34,124 bases of DNA from Octopus bimaculoides (Eukaryota): the NCBI RefSeq assembly GCF_001194135.2, contig NC_068983.1, positions 25,921,044 through 25,955,167 of the forward strand. The letters run 5' to 3'. This document shows positions 10,964 through 22,739 of the stretch, one piece after another. The notes under the pieces were generated by a model that was given only the letters and a program-made list of their open reading frames with translations, did not search any database and was not told the origin of the DNA. The position numbers and the translations under genes are program-made. Every line of letters begins with the position of its first letter. Position 1 is the first letter of the stretch.

Positions 10964-12394
10964 GAAAATGATCTAGGTGATGCATTCACCCTTAAGACTT
11001 TTGCTTTATTTTCTACGGTTCAGAAATGACAATAAGCATGAATACAGGAATGATTTCAAATCGTAACTTCATAATAAATAAATAATTAAAATCTAAACGG
11101 TTTTCATTATTTTTTCTTGCCAGGACAAAATTAATCTCATTTAGACACACACACTGTATAAATATCTAAAGGTTTTGTCACAAATATTGTATTGACGGTA
11201 ATATATAACAAGTTTATAAAGGTTAAGCCAACAACCATCTCTAACCATCTGGGCCATGGCTTACCCAAAATACTCACAGCTTATGAAGAATTCCAGGAAA
11301 ATTGCTCAAATAATATTCTGGGATGGGTTGTGACTTCTTGGAAAGCTATTGGTGTGAATAGGTGTTTTTTCTTCTCGTTGACTGTTACACTGCACAAAAG
11401 GAATAATATATCTACTCCAAGAAAAGAAGAAAAAAAAAACCTACGAACCTGCATCGAATTTAAACTTATAGTTCAATATGTTATCCCATCGGTACTTCAT
11501 GATTTTATCTTGTTGAGATACTTTTATGGGTAAAATTAAATAAGTTGGTGCTTTAAATGGATATCATAATATTTGTAGATTCAACAATCTAATGTTTGCA
11601 TTAGTTCAGCTATCAGTACTTGGTCGCATCTAATGTCTAACTGCAATAAGTAATATGCATAGAATCTGTATTGAATTGAAAAGTTTACGTAAATGAAATT
11701 AGCGATTTCTGTTATTAGTATGTATTTGAAGCGAATAATGTAGTTAGACACTTAAGCTTGCAAAGATTATCTGCTACACAATTGGTGAGCCATTGCAATT
11801 AACATTAAAGTATTCATTCGATTTTTGATGCATGTTATTTATTCTGTCGGTTGTGATTATCATGACTGCAGCGAAAATTGGTCAAATCTTTAATTGCTGA
11901 CGGTCCGAATATTTAATTCATAGGGTGGAATCGCACTTCTAAACAGCTATTCATGTGTCGAGTTACTAGTGCTCGGTAAATGAGGCTACTTTAACTGTTA
12001 TAAGTATGTAACTCTGATACACAAATAGCTGAATTTCTTATTCACTTTCTCAAGTGATAATATGAAGAAATATTTCTGATACTTGTAATAATCTGTAGGT
12101 TTCAGATTTTTTTTTTATCATTTTTTATTTCACAACATAGATATCGGCTCTGTTTATTTTGGATTTGATTGACTCAGAATTTTGTATGAAGTGCCTAATC
12201 CAGATTTATTTTTTAACAATAAACAAAGACAATACATTTATAATTCTGATGTGTGTATAATACATGTTAAGTTCAAGAGCAATTGCGTATAACATCTGTT
12301 GATTTGGATAATAGGTTTAACATATTTTATCTAAAATATGTAGATCAATCGAATTGGTTTGTGTTCAGTATCCTTGCAAACAACTGGATATTTC

Positions 12395-12536
12395 TGTACA
12401 TTATTTATATTTGACGGATATTTGTCATCTTGTTTGTTGTTAACACAATGTTTCGGCTGATATACCCTCCAGCCTTCATCAGGTGTCTTGGGGAAATTTC
12501 GAACCTGGGTTCTCATTCCTAAGTTATTTTTCGATG

Positions 12537-12540
<4 letters not shown>
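12395..12540 (-). mobile_element. Penelope-like element terminal (pLTR-type) fragment
   Basis: Minus strand GACATCGAAAAATAACTTAGGAATGAGAACCCAGGTTCGAAATTTCCCCAAGACACCTGATGAAGGCTGGAGGGTATATCAGCCGAAACATTGTGTT abuts a (TTA)n run. The hammerhead core is characteristic of Penelope termini; the family assignment is from recall, not a search. Confidence 0.55.
12442..12487 (-). ncRNA. Minimal type I hammerhead ribozyme motif
   Basis: GACAC-CUGAUGA-A-GGCUG(gagggtatat)CAGCC-GAAA-CA-U-U-GUGUU: both conserved core blocks, a 5-bp stem II, a 5-bp stem I (GACAC/GUGUU) and a vestigial stem III. Confidence 0.7.

Positions 12541-12600
<60 letters not shown>
12541..12600. repeat. (TTA)n microsatellite
   Basis: Pure run of about 20 units. 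Confidence 0.95.
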
Positions 12601-13229
12601 CCAGTGTCAGAAATTCTGGATATTTCTGAGTGTATTAGTCACTAAGTTACAAATATGCGTGCAATATCATTCAGTGATTCATTAGTTGGCCTTACTCGGG
12701 AGCCAGCAGCTAATCTGTGTGGCGATATTGTCTAATTATGAGGAGAAAACCAATTTAAGAAAGCAGCTTTCACAATATTATATGCATGCTTTTGCATCGG
12801 AAGATTATCAAAGATTTTGCAGTAAAGGCTTTCAACGGACTGAAAATATATATTAGTTCACTCCTATAACATATTTACTGCAGAAATATTCTGAGTAAAC
12901 AAGCACATGGTTGAAATAGGCGCTTGGATTTAAATTCATGAATAAGTGCGAGAAGCATGTACATTATATGCACTTATGGCGATATGTATAATGTATTTTT
13001 TATTTATTTACGTTTGATATGTTGCCACTGATGATCGGAAAAGGGTTTTAATAACTCAAGTCATATTGATATGGTACTATCCACATTCTTCTATAAATCC
13101 TCGCTGTCTATTTTCTTCGCTCACAATCTTGTGTAGTAGAGTAATAATCTAAGTGGTTCCTAGATCATTTGGGGATCTATTTCTAGCAGACAAGTGTTGT
13201 AATTCAACACTCTTATTATGAATTTAATA

Positions 13230-13412
13230 CATGCATATATATATATACATGTATGTATGTGTATGTATATACATGTATATTTATATATATATGTGTGTGT
13301 GGTGTGTGTGCATATATATATATATATTTTCATAAACTTCCACACATACATAATTGTATAGTTCTACTTATATGAAAACCCACATATATGCATATGTATA
13401 TATGTAAATGTA

Positions 13413-13455
<43 letters not shown>

Positions 13456-14344
13456 NNNNNNNNNNNNNNNNNNNNNNNNNNNNNNNNNNNNNNNNNNNNN
13501 NNNNNNNNNNNNNNNNNNNNNNNNNNNNNNNNNNNNNNNNNNNNNNNNNNNNNNNNNNNNNNNNNNNNNNNNNNNNNNNNNNNNNNNNNNNNNNNNNNNN
13601 NNNNNNNNNNNNNNNNNNNNNNNNNNNNNNNNNNNNNNNNNNNNNNNNNNNNNNNNNNNNNNNNNNNNNNNNNNNNNNNNNNNNNNNNNNNNNNNNNNNN
13701 NNNNNNNNNNNNNNNNNNNNNNNNNNNNNNNNNNNNNNNNNNNNNNNNNNNNNNNNNNNNNNNNNNNNNNNNNNNNNNNNNNNNNNNNNNNNNNNNNNNN
13801 NNNNNNNNNNNNNNNNNNNNNNNNNNNNNNNNNNNNNNNNNNNNNNNNNNNNNNNNNNNNNNNNNNNNNNNNNNNNNNNNNNNNNNNNNNNNNNNNNNNN
13901 NNNNNNNNNNNNNNNNNNNNNNNNNNNNNNNNNNNNNNNNNNNNNNNNNNNNNNNNNNNNNNNNNNNNNNNNNNNNNNNNNNNNNNNNNNNNNNNNNNNN
14001 NNNNNNNNNNNNNNNNNNNNNNNNNNNNNNNNNNNNNNNNNNNNNNNNNNNNNNNNNNNNNNNNNNNNNNNNNNNNNNNNNNNNNNNNNNNNNNNNNNNN
14101 NNNNNNNNNNNNNNNNNNNNNNNNNNNNNNNNNNNNNNNNNNNNNNNNNNNNNNNNNNNNNNNNNNNNNNNNNNNNNNNNNNNNNNNNNNNNNNNNNNNN
14201 NNNNNNNNNNNNNNNNNNNNNNNNNNNNNNNNNNNNNNNNNNNNNNNNNNNNNNNNNNNNNNNNNNNNNNNNNNNNNNNNNNNNNNNNNNNNNNNNNNNN
14301 NNNNNNNNNNNNNNNNNNNNNNNNNNNNNNNNNTAGAGAGAGAG

Positions 14345-14386
<42 letters not shown>

Positions 14387-14410
14387 ATAAATAGATAGAT
14401 ATATACAAAT

Positions 14411-14444
<34 letters not shown>

Positions 14445-14445
14445 G
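13230..14445. repeat. (TA)/(TG)/(GATA) microsatellite block spanning gap 13456-14333
   Basis: Direct reading; source of many spurious YIYI/X ORFs. Confidence 0.9.
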
Positions 14446-17114
14446 CTCGCTAAGTCTCATTGATTTTAAATAATATTCGTAGGTGTGAAACGTAGGCATG
14501 CAATTAAATTCTTTTTACGTAAGTGAAATCTCAAGATATTCATAATACATTATAATTTGTCTCTGGTGGTCTGACAGATAATTTTCAGAAATTAAAATTC
14601 TTACTTTGATATTATTGCTTTTATTTTCTCACGCATAATTTTATTTAATTATTTATTTCCCATATTGATGCATTACATTATGGTTTTCCCCCACTAAACT
14701 AAGAATGTCTTACGAAAGATCGTGTTTTGTCTTTCATCTCCGCCTACACGACTGTATTGGTTTATACTAGTTAGGTTAAAACAAAAACTACGAAACGGTT
14801 CTCTCAAGATTAACAAAACGAATAATTCATCTAAATATATGCTTTCGAGTATTTTCATAATTCACAGTATCAGAGTGTCAAGATACATATATAAAAATTA
14901 AAACGAAGCTCATCTATTATCTTCCGCACTCAATGTTTCCTTTTAAATCTCACCTTTTCACCGCCAACTTTATGTTTTCAATTACAAATCTACCATTTTT
15001 CTTTCTTGTTTCTATTTTCTCTCGTCTTATCTCTTTTCTCTTATACATTTTGTTCTTTCTTCATCCACCTCTGTTATGTTCCATGCTCCAAACCTTCGTT
15101 TTTATTTCCACATTTACCTTTATCATGCCACACATTTTTGTTACTAACTGCTTATCATTTCAGTGTTTTTTGTTTTATATTTCACAAAGATAAGCGTGCT
15201 ATGAGAATTAGAAGGGAAAAGGAAGACGCATCAAAAACTATTGTTCCTAATTCTTATGTTTGAATTTATTTTAGATAAGCACACATAAATACAAAATTAT
15301 GATTGATTCTTTAAATTTTTTGACTCATAGTAATTGAAGTGTAATAAGAATGATTCCCAAGTAGCAAATTTTACTTCATAATCCAAAATACAACTTCAGT
15401 GTCACAAAACAACCCTTTATCTTCGATAAAAGAACTAAGTAACATAGTTAACGTTCTTATATTATTTATTATATATTCTAGAATAAGTAAGTGGTCTCAT
15501 CAGAAATTCATCTAAATACCAGCAGTAGTACTGGACAAAGAAATCATAACGTAGTCCAATATTTTATCTCAAAATATATTCAGTTATTTAATGTTTATAT
15601 TGGCCTGTATTAGTGAGTATGAAATTAAACTGCATAATGTAGTCGGGTCCCTGGATTTGGCATTCCAACAGGTTGAAGAATGAAGAAGCACGTCTTAGCC
15701 ATTCTTGTTTCCAAGTTTACTCTGATTCTGAGTATAAGCACGTGTCAGAATCCCAGAATATTAAGGCTTACCTACCAATGCATGCGAAGACTACATCCGG
15801 CGAACTTTTCGGAAGAGGCTTTCATGGTTTAATGGAGGATTAGGCGTATATAGCAAAAGGTGTATGAGTAGAGAGAGTATGGCGATGGAAGTAAAATATC
15901 TTGGTGTACTATAGCATCCATTTTTATCTCCAGTCGCCATATCTAGGCCTTGTCACTGGATTTAAGATGGTAACGGACGAGAGAGTGAGGCTGATGGTGC
16001 GCAATTCTCCTTCAATTTAAACAAAGTCATCGCGCAAGTCGTCAGTGGTGCCTAAAGATAGACAAACATGAAAGTGGGTCGTAGTTGTGGGGTGTATTTA
16101 ATTGCAGTACGTTCAAGGAGTGCTTGAGTGCAGTGGACCATGTTATTTAATGTAAAATATAGTATTTATGCATATAATGTTGATTACAACAGTAGCATAC
16201 TCAGGAATCTGGTTCCATGACATAGCCCGTAATCGTTGATTGGTCTGACATTCCCAACGTTATTAATCATTGTCACTGCTGTATTACAGTTCCGCTTAAT
16301 ACCCAATAGAGCTCTCTTCATCTTGATAAATTTGTAGAAATTGAACTGCAGAGGCTTGTATCGCAAAGTATCACTATTATATATATGTATATATATGGAA
16401 TTGATCTTTGTAATAAGATTCAGCAAAATGAGTTCTCCATCTGACGAGAATAAAATATTGTTCTATACGATCACCTCACATGCATAAACCACGCCACCGA
16501 ACTAAGCAGTTTAAATAATGAACTGAATATAAAACGGCGCGAAAAGACCCGAATACACCAATCAGATCGTGTGTAGGACACAGTAAAGCGAACTGCGTTG
16601 ACATTCTCTAAAGCCTGCTTTACCTTAGTTATTTAAATTTTAAACATTCTTAGCAGTTTCTGTATGTTCATTGACCTCAGATTCCATAAAATATATTTCC
16701 CTTAGTTAATTTCATTTATTACTTTGAAAATTATTATTATAAAATTTATTTTTCTTATATTTTCTTACAGCGTGACCCACCTGATAATGAACCATGTTTC
16801 ATGCAGTTCGCTTTTGTAACAATGTAATCAGAATCTTCTCCACCATTGTCCCTTACCGGCAAAGAACTATCGTAGCTTGCCCACAATACATATTTAAATT
16901 AAACTTAAGAAATTATTTCGTGGAGATTTTCATCAATATTTTTCAAGAGTAGCTAATTTATTGGCTTATTTTCTTTTTATCACTTTCAATATCTGGGAAA
17001 TTTGAATTCCGAACATTTTTTTTTTCTCTATGGCATTCAGTAAATATCTTCTAGTTTAATTATCCCAATGCATACTATTGACCTATCAGATTTATTTCAC
17101 TTATAATCATAATC

Positions 17115-17137
17115 TATCTATCAGTCTATCTATATGT

Positions 17138-17191
<54 letters not shown>

Positions 17192-17270
17192 CTCTATGTA
17201 TATATANNNNNNNNNNNNNNNNNNNNNNNNNNNNNNNNNNNNNNNNNNTATATATATATATATATTAATA
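17115..17270. repeat. (TATC)n/(TA)n microsatellite spanning gap 17207-17248
   Basis: Direct reading. Confidence 0.9.
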
Positions 17271-18944
17271 TGTGATATATGAATGGTAATGTGTGATCTA
17301 TGCGTATGTTTATGTGTGTGTTCTTGCGCGCATGAGTATGTCTGCACTGACATATGGAAATGTATTTATATATTTAAAGACGTTAACAAGACTAGAAAAT
17401 TTAATCGCTAATTTTGGTTTTCAAAAGCTTTGTGACAGACTGCTCTTCCTGAAGAACTTATAATGAACCAGGAAAAACAAACATCAAAAATTAATGAACT
17501 CTATCTCAATGCAGGTATTAAAATTATCAAAGATCATTAACATAAAAGCAAGAAATATTTAAAATAACCAAAACAGAATTAAGACAGCGTACTGGAATAA
17601 AAGAAGTCAAATTATTTTGTTATTTAGAATTCACACGTTATTATTATCTTAGCATTATAGAATTCCTCTTGCAACTGCTGACCGCTTTAAAACTTAAAAT
17701 TATAGAAAATATGATGATACACATCAGCTAATATTTCAAGACGTTCTTGGCGACATCAGCGCATTGTAATGATCGTCAGTAGCGATATTTATCATGCATT
17801 CGGCAGTAAAAGGATGATGAGAAATGCAATGTAAGTAAGAAAATAGTTAACACCTTACTTAAGATTGTTTAAAGATCTCTCTCTTTTTATGTGCGCATGT
17901 TCGATTTCTAAAATCTTATATGTACGATTTTTGAACAGTATCCACTAATACACTATTGAAAAGGGACATCTATACACCAATACACGCATATACTTATTCA
18001 GAGATACATTTAAGTGCACTGAAGATTGAAAAAGTCTGAATATATTAGTTACTTTAAAAAGTATCCGACTTTACTTTTTCCCACTAAGACTCATGCTGCA
18101 TGGGCTAAAGCCTTTGGATGGGAGATGATGCTACCCTTCTGCGCATGCGTGAAAACTTTTGCGTCGGCAGGCTGCGTCAGTAACCGGCTGTTATGCGTAG
18201 AGTACAGACGCGTCGTGCATTTCAAAACACGTCTGCGTGGAATACTGAAGCATCACCAAATTATATTTAGTGGAAAAAAAAAAGACTTTCAAATAGTTTA
18301 GTACCCCCTCCCCCCAATGATCTTAAAGTGGGAACATAAAATAGATTGTCGGATATTCATATTTGTATATTTTCTACACATTTGTTCAGCAAAGTTTAAC
18401 TATCTGTTTCTGAAGGATTACAAATCTGAAGTACTAGGCAAAGAAATAATGATTTCACTCCAAGGATATTAAGAGGACAAAGTTATTACAAGAAATAAAA
18501 AAAAAGGAAAAAACAATTACAAACGTGCAATTTCCAAAGAGCATCTAACTTTCATTACTCTAATAGAATTAGTTAAAATTATTTTGCTGGTACTTTTGTT
18601 TATCAGTATTAGCTTTACGCAGCTCCGTTTCCAGAAAGGAAAACAATATGGTAGTAGAATACTAAAAGAAATAGTACTCTCTTTGTCTTTCTAATATCTC
18701 GATGAACTGGCGACGAGGTGATAAATATGTTTGTCCTCGAAGTAACAGACACATATATCGAAGATCGTTCGCAGTGGCTTCTATTAACAGAAGCAGGGTA
18801 TATTAGTGATTGTTTCTAATCTTTAAGTAGAAGATTAAGATTAAAAGTGGACTTACGCTCACCTATAGAAGCATACTCTTTAAGTAAGTTAAGAGCAGTC
18901 GGAATCAGTATTCTCTCTTCACATATGTAGTGACTCCTTTGCAG

Positions 18945-19332
18945 TGGAGGCACAATGGTCCAGTCGTTAGGGTAGTGGACTCGTTGTCGTAGGATCGCGG
19001 TTTCGATTCACAGAACGGGCGTTGTAGGCGTTTATTGAGCGAAAACACCTAAAAGCTCCACGAGGCTGCGGCAGAGGGTGTTTGCAAACCCTGCTGGACT
19101 CTTTCACCACAACTTTCTCGCACGCTTTCTTCCTGTCTCTGTTGTACATGTATTTCAAAGGGCCAGCCTTGTCACAGTCTGTTTCACGCTGTATCTCCCC
19201 GAGAACTACATTAAGGGTACACGTGTCTGTAAAGTGCTCAGCTGCTTGCACGTTAATTTCACGAGTAGGGTGCTCCGTTGATCGTATCAACTGGAAACCT
19301 CGACGTCGTAATCAACGGAGTGCCACGACAAA
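18945..19332 (+). mobile_element. tRNA-derived SINE, family 3, near full length
   Basis: Head TGGAGGCACAATGGTCCAGTCGTTAGGGTAG (box A-like from 18956) and GGTTTCGATTCAC (box B-like from 18999); GC-richer ~390-bp body ending ...CGTCGTAATCAACGGAGTGCCACGACAA. I recall this as an abundant octopus repeat. Confidence 0.8.
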
Positions 19333-20939
19333 TCCTTTACAACTCTTGCGGATTAATACATAGAAATGTTTACATCCCTTATATATACATACATAAAAGA
19401 CACACATAGAAACACGCTCGTCGCGTGTGCACACACGCGTATATATATATATATATATATAACTTATGTGTGTGTGTTATATAGATAGATAGGCAAATAC
19501 TCGACGTCAATTCATGGACCTATTTAAATACGTCAGAGCTTGATATTCTTTCAAATTTCTCACGCTTGACACAATGGAAAATCGATTGTGTGATAGCAGG
19601 GGTAAGAAGGTATAGTTCTAGCACTATTCCGGTACTCAACTTTAAGTTGAGTCTGCAGGATCATCATGAAATGATGTGCATTGCCCAAAGGAAAAAAGTG
19701 CAGCTCGTTTTCGGAATCGACTCTAGGACCTTGTGATCGTGAGTTCAATAAATTCATCACGAGCAGTTTGCGTTCACACAGGCATAAGCACATTCATACG
19801 CGCGCGTACACCCACACAGGCACACGCTAACACACGCGCAAACACAAATGCACGTGTACACACAAGAAAAAAACATGCACATACATACAGATTGCTTTGG
19901 TGTGATGTATTTGAGGTCCTCCATTTCCATTTGATTATTTTACTTTACTTTGAAGAACAAGGGTAATACTATATGGTGGACATCATTCTACCACATAGCT
20001 CTTAGTAGATATCTAATTATTCCAAATTATTACATGCATCTGCTAGAGTATCTAAGTTCACTTTTTCCCTATACTCATAAGATACTTATTATTTCCCTCG
20101 AGGGATAATGTGCTTTCTGCATATATATTTTGTTTTCCTTGCCGCTTTATATAACACGCACATGCGACGTCCACAACATTATATATTATATAGGTAACCC
20201 AATAACAGTATCTATCTCATCTGTACTATTTAAATTTCATTCGTGACGAATTCAGCTGAGACTGAAACATTTGTTTGGTTATCTACAGAACTAAGAATAC
20301 AAATTTGCATACGTGTTGGTCTATCTAGACCTCAATAGCAAAGCATTGATTAACCTCTACTGTTAGGGAATATTGCACTTTAGTAAAAAACAATAAAATA
20401 TGATATAGTTTAACCGTTACAATGAGTTTTCTTATGACTTGGGAAAATACAGCACTTTAATGATTGATCACAGTATGGCTTTACAAATTATAATAATGAC
20501 TAAAAGAAGTATTTAAAGGGTACATGCAACACACATTTTTTATGTGTGTGCATATGTGCATTTCGGAGAGCGTGCCTGTGCGTATTTTTAAGTTAGTCAC
20601 AGGCTATGTGGTGGTTTTTTTACATTTGATGTTTAATAATATTTCTATTTCATTGATGGCGATAGTACAGAAAATATGACAAAAATGAAAACATTAAGCT
20701 TAAATATTTCCTTCATTTCCGGTCTGATTTCGTTTCATTCTTCATTTTAAAAGTATTTTACACTAGAATCTTTGCAGATTTCAAAGCAAGTTTTTCAAAG
20801 ATTTATTTTCAACTTCCATTATAAACACGGTCTCTTTCTCTTCTTCCTGTATGAAAAATATTTAACTTTGCTTTCAAACAAACATTTATATATATTCTTT
20901 TTTAATTTTTTGAAAATCAAAAATGATTTCATGTCTTAC

Positions 20940-21106
20940 CATGTCGGCTATTTGCGTAAGGGTGAATCCAAATTTCACAACTACGGCGTGCGAAGCATTG
21001 TAGACAGGGCGTGAAGCTGTATCGTAATTAGCTAATAGTCTGCTTAGAAGGCGTTGCTCATCAGGAGTACGACGGTGTTCGATGTGATGTCTGCGATGTC
21101 TTCTTC
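20940..21106 (-). CDS. Internal coding exon (exon 2 equivalent) of a nicotinic acetylcholine receptor-like Cys-loop ion channel subunit
   Basis: Acceptor ...cctaattgtccag, donor ATG|gtaaga; 167 nt, phase 1 in and phase 0 out. Translation (x)RRHRRHHIEHRRTPDEQRLLSRLLANYDTASRPVYNASHAVVVKFGFTLTQIADM fits the nAChR pattern E.RL...L...Y....RPV.N.S..V.V.FG..L.QI.D, including an N-A-S sequon. Vertebrate nAChR exon 2 has the same boundaries, ending just before DEKNQ. Confidence 0.92.
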
Positions 21107-22219
21107 CTGGACAATTAGGTCATTTTAAAAAGTGTTTTAAAATATTTTTTTGTCGTTGTTGAGATTTTTATGTGTTGTTGTGGTAGGTTTTATACACAGG
21201 ATAACCGTTCAATTAAATCGGAATTGATACGTGTAGTGTTGTATCGAAGACGATTTAAGGTTGCAAAAAAGAGAGAAAGAAAAAAAGTTTTATTTATATT
21301 AATTTATTCAGTTTTATATTTACTCTAACATGTCAAAGCAAAATAAAAAATTGAAACACATAATAAAAAGCAAAGCCGTCAGAACAATATATATATATAT
21401 NNNNNNNNNNNNNNNNNNNNNNNNNNNNNNNNNNNNNNNNNNNNNNNNNNNNNNNNNNNNNNNNNNNNNNNNNNNNNNNNNNNNNNNNNNNNNNNNNNNN
21501 NNNNNNNNNNNNNNNNNNNNNNNNNNNNNNNNNNNNNNNNNNNNNNNNNNNNNNNNNNNNNNNNNNNNNNNNNNNNNNNNNNNNNNNNNNNNNNNNNNNN
21601 NNNNNNNNNNNNNNNNNNNNNNNNNNNNNNNNNNNNNNNNNNTTTAAGAATGTTTTTATATGTGCGAAAGCCATTAACTTTCAAGTTCATATTCAACAGT
21701 AGAACGTTCATTGCTTACGCTCAAAAGTGTAGTCTGCTTGGAAAATGTAAGACCTACATAAAAATAGCAATATCGTTAAACGTACAATAGCAACGCACGA
21801 AGAACAAGAACGGAGAATATTAAGACATCTAAAAAGAAAAACAAAGAGAAGGTCAACAATAACATTCGTTATTACAATAATAGACCGGAAAAAATTATTG
21901 CTGCCACTACTGTTCTGAACATTGCTGAAGTAATATGTAAATTTTTTTTTTTTTGTTAAATTGTATCAGCTCCGCTCCCTCTCCACCATGAACAACGCCT
22001 CATCAACAATCAATGCCTCCACAACTATGATCAATTTTCCATTCTCACCATAACACAAACTTTATCATTCTACCACCACTACCATTCCTACTGGCTCAAC
22101 AACCGCCGCCACTACCAATAAACTTTGGTCAGCAAAGCACCAGCATTCACCATACGGTCAACATTTTAAGTATTTATTTTCGTCATTAGTATTAGAATCA
22201 TTAAACAGACTAGTCGGGC

Positions 22220-22491
22220 TAATTTTAATGATATATTATGTCTAATTTTTTCAAGAAACAACTGGATGTAGTGAGGAACAATCAACAGCGTTGGAGCGCA
22301 TAAAGCTTAAAGTTGTCACGTCTAGCACGAATATCCAGTAAATATCAGCATACAGGAATGTAGAATTAATTTTAAGGATATTATTATGTCTCCTTTTCTC
22401 TAAGAATAGCTTGATATATAGATAAATGGCGTTCGAGAGCATAAAGCCTAAAGTTCTCACGTCTAGCCCGAACATCCTGAAAAATCAGTAT
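22220..22491. repeat. Diverged two-copy tandem duplication (~130-bp unit, period ~147 bp)
   Basis: 22220-22351 versus 22367-22491 share TAATTTTAA.GATAT...ATTATGTCT and GCGTT.GAG.GCATAAAGC.TAAAGTT.TCACGTCTAGC.CGAA.ATCC. Confidence 0.85.
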
Positions 22492-22499
22492 TGTTATTC

Positions 22500-22708
22500 G
22501 AAACATCATCATCATCATCATCATCATCATCATGGTTTTCAACATCACCCCCATTATTATAGTCGTACTCCATCTCTTTCTATTCATCATTATCGTTATT
22601 ACGTTCAAGTAAATCATCATAATTATCATGATCTTGAAAGGCACCACCACCGCTATCGCAGCCGCCACCACGACCACCACGACCACCACTGCCACCGCCT
22701 CCACCACC

Positions 22709-22739
<31 letters not shown>

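Noticed and set aside
15772-16051. GC-richer 280-nt minus-strand segment with strong splice signals
   Set aside because: Stops in all three frames and no recognisable homology; may be a decayed repeat but I cannot support a call.
18945-19020. tRNA-like sequence here and at 4220-4292 and 27307-27380
   Set aside because: These are SINE heads: box A/B are present but there is no complete cloverleaf, and they run into repeat bodies.
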